Shown here: positions 1-11,200 of the stretch, in pieces
Numbering within the stretch: the first letter of the stretch is position 1
Layout of the letters: each line of letters starts with the position of its first letter
NCBI GenBank assembly: GCA_907165135.1
Contig: OU015569.1
Span: 2,542,001-2,606,000 of the forward strand
Origin: Oikopleura dioica
Taxonomy: Eukaryota; Animalia; Chordata
Length of the DNA stretch: 64,000 nt
Direction of reading: 5' to 3'
Position numbers and translations under genes: made by a program
The notes under the pieces: generated by a model
Told to the model about the DNA's origin: nothing
Databases searched by the model: none
Seen by the model: the letters and a program-made list of their open reading frames with translations, nothing else

Positions 1-3000
1 GGCGAATTTCTGCGCCAATTTGCTCAAAATCAGCTTTGAACTCTTCTCTGTTAAAGGGTTTTTCATCTTGATGCTGAAGGACTGACTTTTGTGGAACTCG
101 CTTGTGGTGAGGTGATTTGGGCTCTGATTGGACTAGAACGGAGGGCTTCGTCTTTTCCTGCTTTTCGGGGAGGGTTTTTGGCTTGTTCACGTGTCCCATG
201 TTCTGACCGTCGAGTAAAACGCACTTTCTCACTCGCTACAAATAATTTATTTGTGAAAAACGGGAAAAACTCACTGTTTGATCTTCCTTCTGCGCCAAAT
301 ATCTAGCAACAGAATTATACTCGACGAGTCTCAGATTTCGTCCACCTTCTTTAGCTTTTTCTTTCTCTTCCCCAACTCCTGGTAACTGGATAAAGGTAAA
401 CTCCTTCGTAGCCTTCCTAGGCTTTGGCTCTTGAACTACTGTTTTTTGTCGCAGTGGTGGAACACGAACTGGCTCTGACTGAGAACGAGTGAATTTCGGG
501 TTTGCATTTTCTTTGCCATTCGATCTTGGAGTCGCGGAGCTACTTCCAGGCAGCTCTAAAAGTGGAAGGCCGTTGCAACGGTTGAGTTCCCGGTTGAACT
601 TTTCGCTTTCGGAGCGTGGTGAAATTTGCCGTAGCGTTGCACTAAAAGAACCACTGATTATTTCACTGTGATTATTTTTTTTTAAATTAGGACCTTTGAG
701 AACGGCGATACATAGAGTTGCGGACAGGAATTCTAGTAACTTCCGATTCTTCAGCGATTTTTTCTTCCATCGAGTCTTTTTTCTGCATGTTTCCAGCCAT
801 AATTCCCATCATTTGAGTCATCAAGCTCATTTGTTGGATCATCAGCTGTTCTGAAGTCACTTTCTGACTGCCAGATCTATTTTCTTGAACTAAATTTCCA
901 TCAAGCATTATGTTTTCTTCTGGTTCGGCTGGAGAAGCTTCTTCGAGTGTTGGAGAAGTTGGCTTCTTCTCTTTGATAAATGGTGTTTGTGCAAGCGTTG
1001 TTTCCGCTCTGTTTACTGAGTAACTGGTTTTGCAAACTTTAAAGACTCATTTTTTCACCGAAAATAACCAAATTTTGATATACGAACGAAAAAAATATGC
1101 AGACAAGCCAATAGTTACGTTTGGCAAATTATTGGCTTTTTGAGATAGTTTTCAATTTTTATTTAAATTGAGCTTTTGAAACCAAAACTAAGACTTCTGG
1201 AACTGTTTCATCTGGTTCTGGGGCAACGTCGCGAGGCGAGTCAGTAAAGACTGCTTTGGGAAGATCCTCTGCTGGAGGAGAAGCCATTCTTGTCACCATC
1301 TCCATCTTCGAGGCGTCCAATGACTCGTTGACAGTGTTGTTGATTCTGTCAATCATGCCTAGAATTCTTTTCGTAGTTCGCTTGTCGTGGATAAGCGTTG
1401 CAAGGGTCAGATGAAAGCGATTGATTGAAATGGACTCGAGCGGCTGGTGCGGATTGGAGGCGGTCTTTTGATCCATAAAGACCCAGTTGAGAAGAGCAGC
1501 GATGTTCGTATCGAGAACTTGACGGCCTCCAGCTGATCGAGAGAGCGTATAAAGTTCGGATTCTGATAACTCGTCGAGGAGATCGATGATTCGTGGCTCG
1601 TAAGTCTCAAGAGCTTCTTCCGGGGTATCCTCTAGTTTCGAACGGAAGCCGGGAAGATCAGACATTCGGCGGCTAATGAAAGTTCGCAGACTCCCTGAAT
1701 CTCTCTCCCCGAGGCTGAGGCTTTTGACCTTACGAAGAGCCTTGTTTGAAGAAGTTTGGTGGAGACCAGTTCGATTGAGATGCTCTGTCGAGCTTGCTTT
1801 CGTTTTCAAGGAAAACAAAATCGAGTCGGACCGCTGTCCGAGATTGGAAGTAGAACTTGAACGTTTATGAGGACTCTTGGTTGGAGAAGCTGTTGTAGAA
1901 AGGTTAAGTGCGTTCGTGAGCTTTTCTTTGATTCTGTTTTTCTCGCCTTCGTGCTCTTGCTGCCGAGAAACGGCAGATCCAGCTGACACCATTGGGAGAT
2001 CATATTTTGGAGCTTCGGTGAAAGGATTGAATTGGTCTTGACAGTGGTAGTCTTTCGCTAATCTGCAGATGATCTCGTGGCGATTTTGAATCAAACTAAT
2101 GGGTTTCTCGTCCATATTTGCCTGAAAATTTTGAAACGACTTCAAAGATTACCTCAATTTACCTGGAAAAGATGGATTTGAGCGGCCATAAATGAGAGAA
2201 AGTCACTTGAGCGTTCGTACTTTTTGAACTTTGTCCTTCCAAAGTGAGCGATGTACTCATCGAAATTTTCACCGCTAATATGGAAGTTGTATTCCTGCTG
2301 CTCAAGTTTTTCACATTGTCGAATGAACACATCCCGACAGGTGCCGCCGGGGACGAGATCTAACGTATCGTCTTGTCTAGTCCCATCTGGCAAGTACAAG
2401 TCCAATTTGTGGTCAACGAGGAATTTTAATCGCTCTCTATCGTTTTGTCTGCAAATCATTTCTGGGTTGTAGAAGATTCTGGCTAACTGGTTCGAAATTT
2501 GTTCGTTGGGCTTTGATTCCATCGCGGCTGTTATCATTGCGGACTGAAGATCGGCTCGGCAGTGGAGGACGTCGCTGAATTGATACAAACGGGCGATTTT
2601 GTTGATCAGATGGGATGATGTCTGGACCAGCTCAGATGTTGTTCCTTGAGCGATTGCTTCGTCGCCTTCTACGGCTCTTCTGAAGAGAAAGGCAGCTCTT
2701 CTGTACTGGTCCCGGCAGAAAAACATCCAGAGAAAGGAGAAAAGAACGCGCAAGCAGGCAAATAGGGGTTTTGTCTGATCATCCCAGACGACCGATTGGT
2801 TTTGAATATTTCTCAATTCATTTAGAAACAAATCAGCTGCATCTGTATCATCTCCTGTCTTGGCAATGCTCGAACGAACCTTGCTCCCAAAAAACTGCGA
2901 AAAGAAGCGATCCACGCCAGCGGCATTAAGGAGACTCAGACAGAGCTGTATCTTTTTAGCGATGACTGCTCTGAGTTTTTCTTCGTTCGAGCCATCGTTG

Positions 3001-5782
3001 AGTATGCCCGGCTGAGCTAAAACAAGGGGCGCAAATGGCCCGGGTTCGGCATTTCCTGCTCCAGCTCGATTTAGGAGGCCGAGAACATCTTCGATTTCCC
3101 CATGAATGGTAGTAGTAAGCAAGTCGATCTTCGCACAGTTAGCAATAATGAATGGAGAAATTATACTGAATGGCAGTTGATTGTTCGAGCTGTGATCGTC
3201 TTTCATAAAGTTGCTGATGCGGAAGTCTACAAGTTTTTCCAGAAGAACCATCAGTTTGTTCAGCTCATTTGCTTTGACATCCATACGGGAAGAGTGATTG
3301 TATTCAAGGGAGAAAATTGGGGAGATGGCTTGGAGAGCGATGGCATTTTGAATTGAATGAAGCTGTGAGCAATAAGTGGAAGCACTGGAGAAATCGGCAG
3401 TAAGGAGGATCAAGCTAAGACCCATCGATGGATTGAAGTGCGTGCTCATTTGGGACATCTCAATCGACTTCTTTATCAGACTCGGCTCAAGTACAAGATT
3501 TCGATTGACAGAAGGCGAGGGAATAAGGACCGGCTGACGACCGTAGAATGCAGATACAAAGAGGACGAACGTGCTCATTGCGTAAATTCGCTCGTATGTT
3601 TGCTCGTTCGCTTCCAATGATTTTACGTCGTCGACTAAAAGTTGGCAGAAGAGAGTAGTTGCGGCGAGGATATCGTATTGAGAGAGATATTGACACATTT
3701 GACGCTCCTTTTCAGTCAATTCTTCGTTTTTATGCGTCTCATCTGCTGGTAGCGAAAGAGGAACGACGCCGATGTCGCACAACTCTCGATGAAGCCATTG
3801 CTTCAATTGAAATAGTTCCGGTGACTCGGTTGAGGAGCAACAGAGCTTGTAGACATCAGAACGCGCAAGTTCGAAGAGAATTTTGCACCTGTAGGTTTTG
3901 GATAGTTCGGCCTCTGTTGTTAGCAACGTGTGTTTCCATTCGGCGGGAAATGGCTGACTCACGAGAACTTTTGCGATAAGAGATCCCTGTGCGCATAGAA
4001 GCAGATCAGTGACTCTATCGAGCAGGCCGAGGATGATGCCTTTTCGCTGATCCCACCAGCCGAGCTGAGAGATGTCCATCGAGATCTTTTTCAGCAAGTT
4101 GAAAACTGTCTCTCCCATTCTCGGTGTTTCATAAACAGCGGCCGCAGAAAACCGCCCAAAAAGCGTCACGATGTCTACTAAACAGTTGTGTTCGTCTTCG
4201 CTCAACTCGCCCTTGACGAGAATGGCACCGAGAGAGCCACGGATTGATTCTTCTGTTGCGCGAATAATTTCAAACGTCGTAAGCTTACTATTTGCGCCCT
4301 TTTCAAATGCGGGTAGAAGGGCAAGATTAAAACGCTCGCGAATTTTGTTGTTGAACTCTTTTTTGTAAAGCACCACTTCGTCGTCCGAATGCTCAGAGTC
4401 GGTCGCTACTTCTGTCTCGGGAAGATTAAGATTGTTAGTCGAAGTGGAGATTTGCAACTGGCCGTCTTTTGGTTTGCCCATAACAGTGTCAAAAACGTTC
4501 TTGAAAAAGTTAGGGATATTCTTCTTTTTGATCTGGGACGGTTTGATTGTCAGTGCTCGGGAATCACTTGCACTCTCGGGCTCCATTTCTTTTCTGTTGA
4601 GCAGAAGATAAGACGATGTCAGGAGCTGATTGAGAAAGATGTTCATGTTCTTTAAGTGGAGATTTGGGTATTTGATGATATTGAGGCCGTAGCCGTCCGA
4701 AGCCAAAAGAAACGGGTCTTTGAAGCTGGCGCTCAACGAATATATCTGCGGCGGGCGATTGAGAAGTGGCTCAAAAAGAGCGACAGGGAGGAACTTTGTC
4801 GGTTTGTTAGTGACTGTGTTGTCGTTCGAAACGAGCTCATGAAGCGAACCTAGAGTTGAAACGACGAACATTGTCCCAATGCTTGTCAAGCCAAAGACCA
4901 TGTAATCGCAAACAGAAAACTGAATGGACGCGACTTTGTATCTCGTCGCTTCGTATGGAGTCGGATTGTGAATGTGACCGGCGTTGATGCCACAGCCTTC
5001 CAAATTAATACGCAAGATGCTGCCATTGTTGTTGGGATTCATGAAGATGATCTCGTTCTGCTTCGGATAGCGATAACTCATCGTGAATACCAAGTAATCA
5101 GCTTTGCGTGAAATCGTGGCAGTCATGCCTACTTCAAAGTCTGGAGAGCAATCTGCAAGGGGAAAGGTGTAGCAGTCCAGTTTCAGCCGATCCACCGCGC
5201 TCTTTTCTTTGTCAAAATAGAGCTTGACAACGGAGGCGTTGCAGATCTGGCTCAAACAGGTGAGAATGAGAAGCACTACTTTGTTGTCGACGAATTTGCT
5301 AACGATAGTGGACTTTGAGCTGACGACGAAATCGCGCTGCACGGTCATCCATTCTTTGAGCGGGTGCCAGTGGAACAGAGTTCCTTCAGAGTCCACAACC
5401 ACGATGTTCCCTTGCGAATCGCGATTGATGTGAATCAGTGGCTTGTCTGAGGGAGTGTCGATGATCCAGGCTTCCTTGCTGCCGAGACGAAGGCCGGCGA
5501 CGACTTGCTCCGTCCTGTGGATTCGCGAGACGGCTACGTAACTATCATCCTCGATCACTGTCAAACACGTCCAGCCACCATTCTTCAGCGGGCCTGGGCG
5601 GCGTTTTCGCTTAGCAGACTCGAAGTCGTACACTTCTTTGACTCCCTTTTTGGATCTGTGAGCCAGACGCCTTGCCGATCGTCCCCAACATTTTTTGCTA
5701 CGGATTTACAAAGAGCTGTCGCGCCCCAAGGCGAGTGTGTTCTGAGCTTGGTGTAGACTTGTTTGACTTCTATCCTAGCCAT
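1..5782 (-). CDS. CPLANE1: CPLANE1/JBTS17 (C5orf42)-like ciliogenesis scaffold, spliced, 3' end runs off the window
   Basis: ATG at 5782 (MARIEVKQ..PW..GVWLTD) continues, after a 1-nt frame slip at 5647-5651, into the 1159-aa ORF 2154-5633. Segments ATISRKADYLVFTMSYRYPKQNEIIFMN, LEGCG and PFLLASDGYGLNIIKY resemble human CPLANE1 as recalled (SAFSRDGLTLAVTLNQKDPKATQVLFIN, LKGCS, PYLVISDGYMVTTLRF). A 41-nt GT-AG intron at about 2122-2162 joins it to ORF 1159-2145. Further low-complexity exons lie at about 690-1040 and below. Confidence 0.75.
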
Positions 5783-6608
5783 CCTTAAAGTTGTTCCTCA
5801 TCTCTAAAAATAACAACAATAAGATATGTTATTCGAATTAATCAAGAAGTCATATTTTGAATCTTTGAGTAAAGTAATCTCACTCGAATAAAATATATAA
5901 TTATGAAGAGGAAAAAGCTTCAGGCTCCAGGTAATAAAAGATAGTTTCAAAAGGAGAATTTCATTGAACAGTTAGAAGCTACAACTATTTCAGTATCAGA
6001 ACACGCAAAAAGGGGAAAATGAAAGCGAAAGAAGAAAACTGGCGCCGAAAACTATATAAAGATAATTCAATTTCAAATTTTTGAAATCGTGTTTTGAGCT
6101 TAGAGGGATGTGAATTCAGTTAATACAGCAGCAATAGGAAGGGACGCGGTACATTTTGATACGCGCCCAGCCTAAGCTTATTAAAGCTTTGGAAGAAGAA
6201 ATTAAAGTTAAGTTGGGAACACATGCAGAAGAAAGAAGAACAATATTAAGATGGATAATAATGAAAATTGGAAGGATTTTACTTTTTATTTAGTTTCGCA
6301 ATTTGAAGTCAACTTTGATGTCCTCGGCGTCGTCGGGTTGCTTCTACTCAGGGACGGGGACATGGTCAGTCTCGGTGGCACGGGGAGCAGCTGGTCGGAG
6401 TCCTAATTTAAACATTTTCTATCGTGGTAATTGATAATTAGGATTGTTTAATTTTAATTGCACCAGTCATTAATTAAGGTGAGAAATAATCATAGCAGTT
6501 GCAAATTTGACTTCTTGTCTTGACTACAACCTACAGTTGGAGGATTTATTTTGACCGAAATACTATGATTTCGGTCGATAGGCCGGTCTTCCTTTAGTTC
6601 TGCTAGGA

Positions 6609-7990
6609 TTAGTTGCCTATTCTTTTGTAGCCAAGCCTATGGTAAGTAGAATCAAGCGAGGGCGCGGAGATAAAAAACTGAATAGTAACGGCGATGATAG
6701 CCAGTAAAACAAGCAGAAAAAATAGCTTTTGGGGATTTTTAGCCCACTTTATTAAGTCCCAGATGCTGCGTGTTCTACTTTCTATACTCTGATAAGAACA
6801 GAGATCGGGGGGAAATATGGGAATTGGTATTTTTGAACTATCTGTCTGAGAAGATGATTGTGTCTGTGCCGAAGTCTGTCGTGGTCGATTTTGTGCGGTT
6901 TTGATGGTGGGTGCTTGTGCGAAGGGAAGAGCTCCTTTGAAGAAGGAGTAGTCCGAACTCTGCGCCCGCACGCGAGGCGATGGCACCAGCTCTTTCACCG
7001 TTGCCTACGAGAACAGGTCTAAGTTTCATGTTCCTAGTTTCTGTTTTTACGGGTTAAAACCTGACAGAGCACAAGTGTTACACTCAAAATTGACACACTC
7101 ACAAATATCTTTGATTTCACTTTGTTACTTTCTTTCGAGTTCATTTCCTAGTTACTGTAATGTTCCAGTAATCTTCCAGGTACTGAAGAAAACGAAAACA
7201 GGGGCATTTATTATCGCCAGTTCCAAATAAAGAGAAAATCAAAAATAAGGCATATTATTTTTGAGCAGTTTTTTTTCTTTGGAGTAGTTTCGATCAAGAA
7301 AAGCCAAAAGGTCAATTGCGCGTCCTCCTTGTTTTCAAATCACCAGATCATCAACTGGATTGTTTGGTGATCTCTCTCTCTTCGCTTAAAAATTCGCAAA
7401 ATTTTTGAAGCGATTTTAGTTGGATTATAAAAAAACAACAAGGAGGAGAAGCGCGAATTTTTAAAGAATCACCAAGCTTTTTGCTTTTTTACCTCGCATT
7501 CATAGAATGCTTTCTCGATATAGGCTCGGCCCTCGGGGCAAGACGCGAGGGATGCGCGGCGGCGCATTACGTTTCTGTGCCCGAAATTTTCATGGATGGT
7601 GGCAGTTGGCGAGGAGCGGCCAGAAGCCCAGCTCTGACAACGCTGCGGCCCGGCAGGCTGATTTTCAAAATTTTAGAATTTCAAATGTGATTCGAATGAT
7701 TCGATGGTTTTTTTGTTAGAATCGAGAGTTTCAATTTCGTTGGATTGGAATTTTACCTGGAACCTTTCTGGGCCGGGACTTGGCGTTCGCGCCAACGGGC
7801 TCAAAGGTAGATGCTGCCCAGCTGCAAGAGGACTAGAACAATACAGTTTAGCTTCAAACAAAGGCTTTAGACAGCGAGTGAAATGTCTCCAATGTCACAT
7901 ACAGTCCCGCCATCATATAGAGCCATGTGAACGACCGCATACACACCACATGTTAGAAATACACCCTACTAGTAATATTCACTCGCTCAT
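6609..7990 (-). CDS. Hypothetical spliced protein with a C-terminal transmembrane segment; 5' end approximate
   Basis: Exon-like segments with AG/GT boundaries at about 7757-7860 and 7488-7655. The terminal ORF 6609-6998 ends in the hydrophobic stretch LFFLLVLLAIIAVTIQFFI. No family recognised. Confidence 0.35.
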
Positions 7991-8249
7991 GCTGTGGAAG
8001 AATGGAATATTTGCTTTGTGAGAAGTGAAGAAAGAGAAAGAACGAGAGCGGGGAAGAAATTCATCCCTGGATGAATTCAATCCAGACTTGCTAATTTAGT
8101 TGAAGGACATTTATCGTGGCGTAATCTTTTAATGAAAAAATTCTTGTTGTAAATGCCCATCAACTTTGGAAATGAAGCTAGAAAATCCCAATTTTGAGAT
8201 TTTTCCGTCACAATTGTTTGTAAATCTTGATGTTTAGAACAGCTAATGT

Positions 8250-11200
8250 TCTACCTTAGCGGTTTGCTACCAGAAACGATCGCAGAAACAGGATGCGAGC
8301 CGCCCATTGGCGCCGATTTGCGGCGACAATTTTTGCCGCTGTAGATACTAATTAAAGAATTCACACGTAAATAACTGTAATCACGAAATAATCAAGAATT
8401 AAAAATAAGTTTTGTGCAAATTTAGTTTTGAAAACTTTGATCAATCATAAGATCCGTAAATCGGATCTGGATCTTCGGTGAAATGTTTTACTTGACAACT
8501 ATAGCTCTAGAAGGGGCAGTTACCTTTTATCCTTGAACGATATGGTATTTGTGAACTTTGGAAACTGTTTTCGTTGGGGTCTTTTCTGCCTTGGACTTGT
8601 TCGGCCACTGGTAACGTCCGACGGGACCTAGAAAATTTCAATCAGAATTAGGGCTTGTTTAGTTATCTTCAATCATGCACCACGGTAGTAATAATCAATG
8701 AGTACTACTAGAATAGACGATAATAGGGAGAAAGACTGAACATAAATCAAGCCGACACCACAGAATAATAGTTACCTGGAGCTCATTATTCGATTTTTGT
8801 GCCGATCTAGCTGTTGATCTACACTTTCAAACGGGTCAACAATTTTTTTAGTTGCAAATTGCCAAAATTGCAAATTGGCAACTTTAAATTGTGTGTTGTT
8901 CTCGTATTGTCGGGTTATTATCGGTTAATTTGCCAAAAGTTGCATGCAAAGTCAAGTTAAGTAAACTTAGTAGCGATTCGATTTCAAGAGCTCAAGAATG
9001 GAGTTTCGAAAGAATTACCGAAATATTTGATAGGGAGTGGTCTGCAAAGGAGACGGGGCTTAATCGAGGAGAAGGACGCTCTGAGCCGATAGGCGATCGC
9101 CTTGAGGATCGACTTCATTTTGGTTCATTTTGAAGTTTTAGAAAGAAATACTGTTGAGCCGAATGAACCATTCCTTGTGAAGCTTCGACTTCTCGTCAAC
9201 GGATTGGGGGTGTATTTACTAAAGGATTGCCTAGCTGTTGATGACCGGTTACTCTTTAGCCGACTGGTTCGCCGATACCGTCGTATCAGTTTCCCTGTGC
9301 GGCGAGTTTTTGTTGCTGAATTGAAATCGCCGTCGAGTCCAGTGGAATCACCGAAAGAGTCAGCTCATCACCCTCCGAGTAGATCAGATTCAGCACTTCC
9401 GTGTTCAGGCATCCCTTTTCAAAGCGGTTAAACCTACTGTTTATAAAATCATCTGAACCTGAATGATTTCCCCGTTGACGTGAGTGATGAGATCCATCGC
9501 TTTTAGCCCGGCTTTTTCGGCTTCCGAGTCTGGCGAGACCTTGCTGACGATATGATGAAGCGTATAATTATTTGAACTTCCGATATAAACAGGAATTGTA
9601 GAAAGGAGAAATCCAATATCCCGTGTTTTGTTTTTCAATCGGCTGCTGGTACCAACTAGAAAGATAAATGAGATACAGTAGTAGGTCTTTTGATAGACGC
9701 TTACCTAAGCTTTCGGCTCTATTGCGAACTGTACGAATCTTGATATGCCTGGTGTCGCCCAGCAGCGGACTTGCGCAGCGGTTGGGACTTGAATCTCGGG
9801 AAGAAGGGTTGGAAGAATGGACTTGGCTCGAGCGGCCGAACAACTCGTTTGAGTAATCGTTCGGGATGATCAGTCGAGACTCGGGAATCGATGACGTTGA
9901 TGCTGATTTGGGCACACGTCTTCCGCTGGAAGCTAGAAAAACAAGGCTTATTGGTGCTAGCAAAGAAGGCGCAGAAAGAAAGAGTGCGCAATGATGTGTT
10001 TCTTTTTTCGGGCATGCGTGAAATAACTGATCAGATAGAGAGAGTGATTTTCTTATTTGATAATGTAAATGATTACCAGTGTAAGGCGGAATATCTGTAT
10101 CTAAAATAAAAGTTTGAACTCTCCCATTCCTTTCGGTGTTGATTCTTTTTTTTCGAAAGAATGAAAAGAAAACTGCGTTTGATTCAAATACCTGAGAGGT
10201 GACGGAAGCGATCTTGAGACAGTAGAGCTCGTACAGGCGCACAATCGGACTCGGATGAATTGGAAAAGCGGCGAGATAGCAGATCCCGGCTGCCGAGTTG
10301 TAAGTTGCCTGTGGGCGTGATTGTTTCCTCCTCGTCTGATTCTCCAGAAATGAAGAATTTGATGTCAGTGTCGCTAGACGTTGAGCTAACTCTATTTCGA
10401 TTCGCCAGTTCATCAGTAATCGAGTCAAAGCTAAAAAAAACTGTAAGATATCAACAGTCGGCTTAAAATTCATTAACCTTGACTCTCTGATGATCCTTGA
10501 CTTTGACTCGTGGTGATTCATGATTTCCTTGGCGGCGTTGGCAGCAGCAGCGGGAGAGATGAGACTATCGTTGAGAGAATGTCTTGATTGAAGAGGAGTA
10601 AGAGTTCCTGGCTCGCTTTTGGGAGACGTGGCGGCTGGCGATTCTCTTTCATACTTCCTAAACGACGAGTTGTACTTTTGAGAGGTGGAAGCAAAGTCCA
10701 AGTTCCTAAGGTTGACTTCTGAGGAGGCTCGAGAGTCGCTCAGCTCATCTAAAATCGCCGACTCTTCGTCACTTGAGTTGTGATGGTAGCGATCGCAGCG
10801 TGGATCAAAGTACGACGTGTCGTCTTCGTTGCTCAATTCGGGGATGAACTGGGCTTTCTGGCGAATGATGTTGTTCCAGTCCACGTCCTCGAAGTATGGG
10901 TGCGCTTTGATGTCCTCCGCGCTGGCGAGTCTGTTCGCTGGTTCGATCAGCAGCAAATTTTGAATGATGTCTCGACAGTTCGGGTCGATCAGCTCTTCTT
11001 CGTCTTCGCAATCTTCTTCTTCCATGAATTCTATCTTTCCTTTGACGATATTCGAGAAAACATCCTCTACTGTTTCGGCATAAAAAGGGGTGATTCCGTG
11101 TACGAACTCGTAAAGCACCACTCCAAAGGCCCACCAATCGACGTCGATAGAATACGCTTGTTGGAGAACGACTTCGGGGGAGAAATAATCAGGAGTTCCC

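Noticed and set aside
9568-10480. C-terminal half of the 568-aa ORF as continuous MAST protein
   Set aside because: It reads through stop-free introns (F/L-rich stretches with acceptor-like ends); the real protein is spliced.
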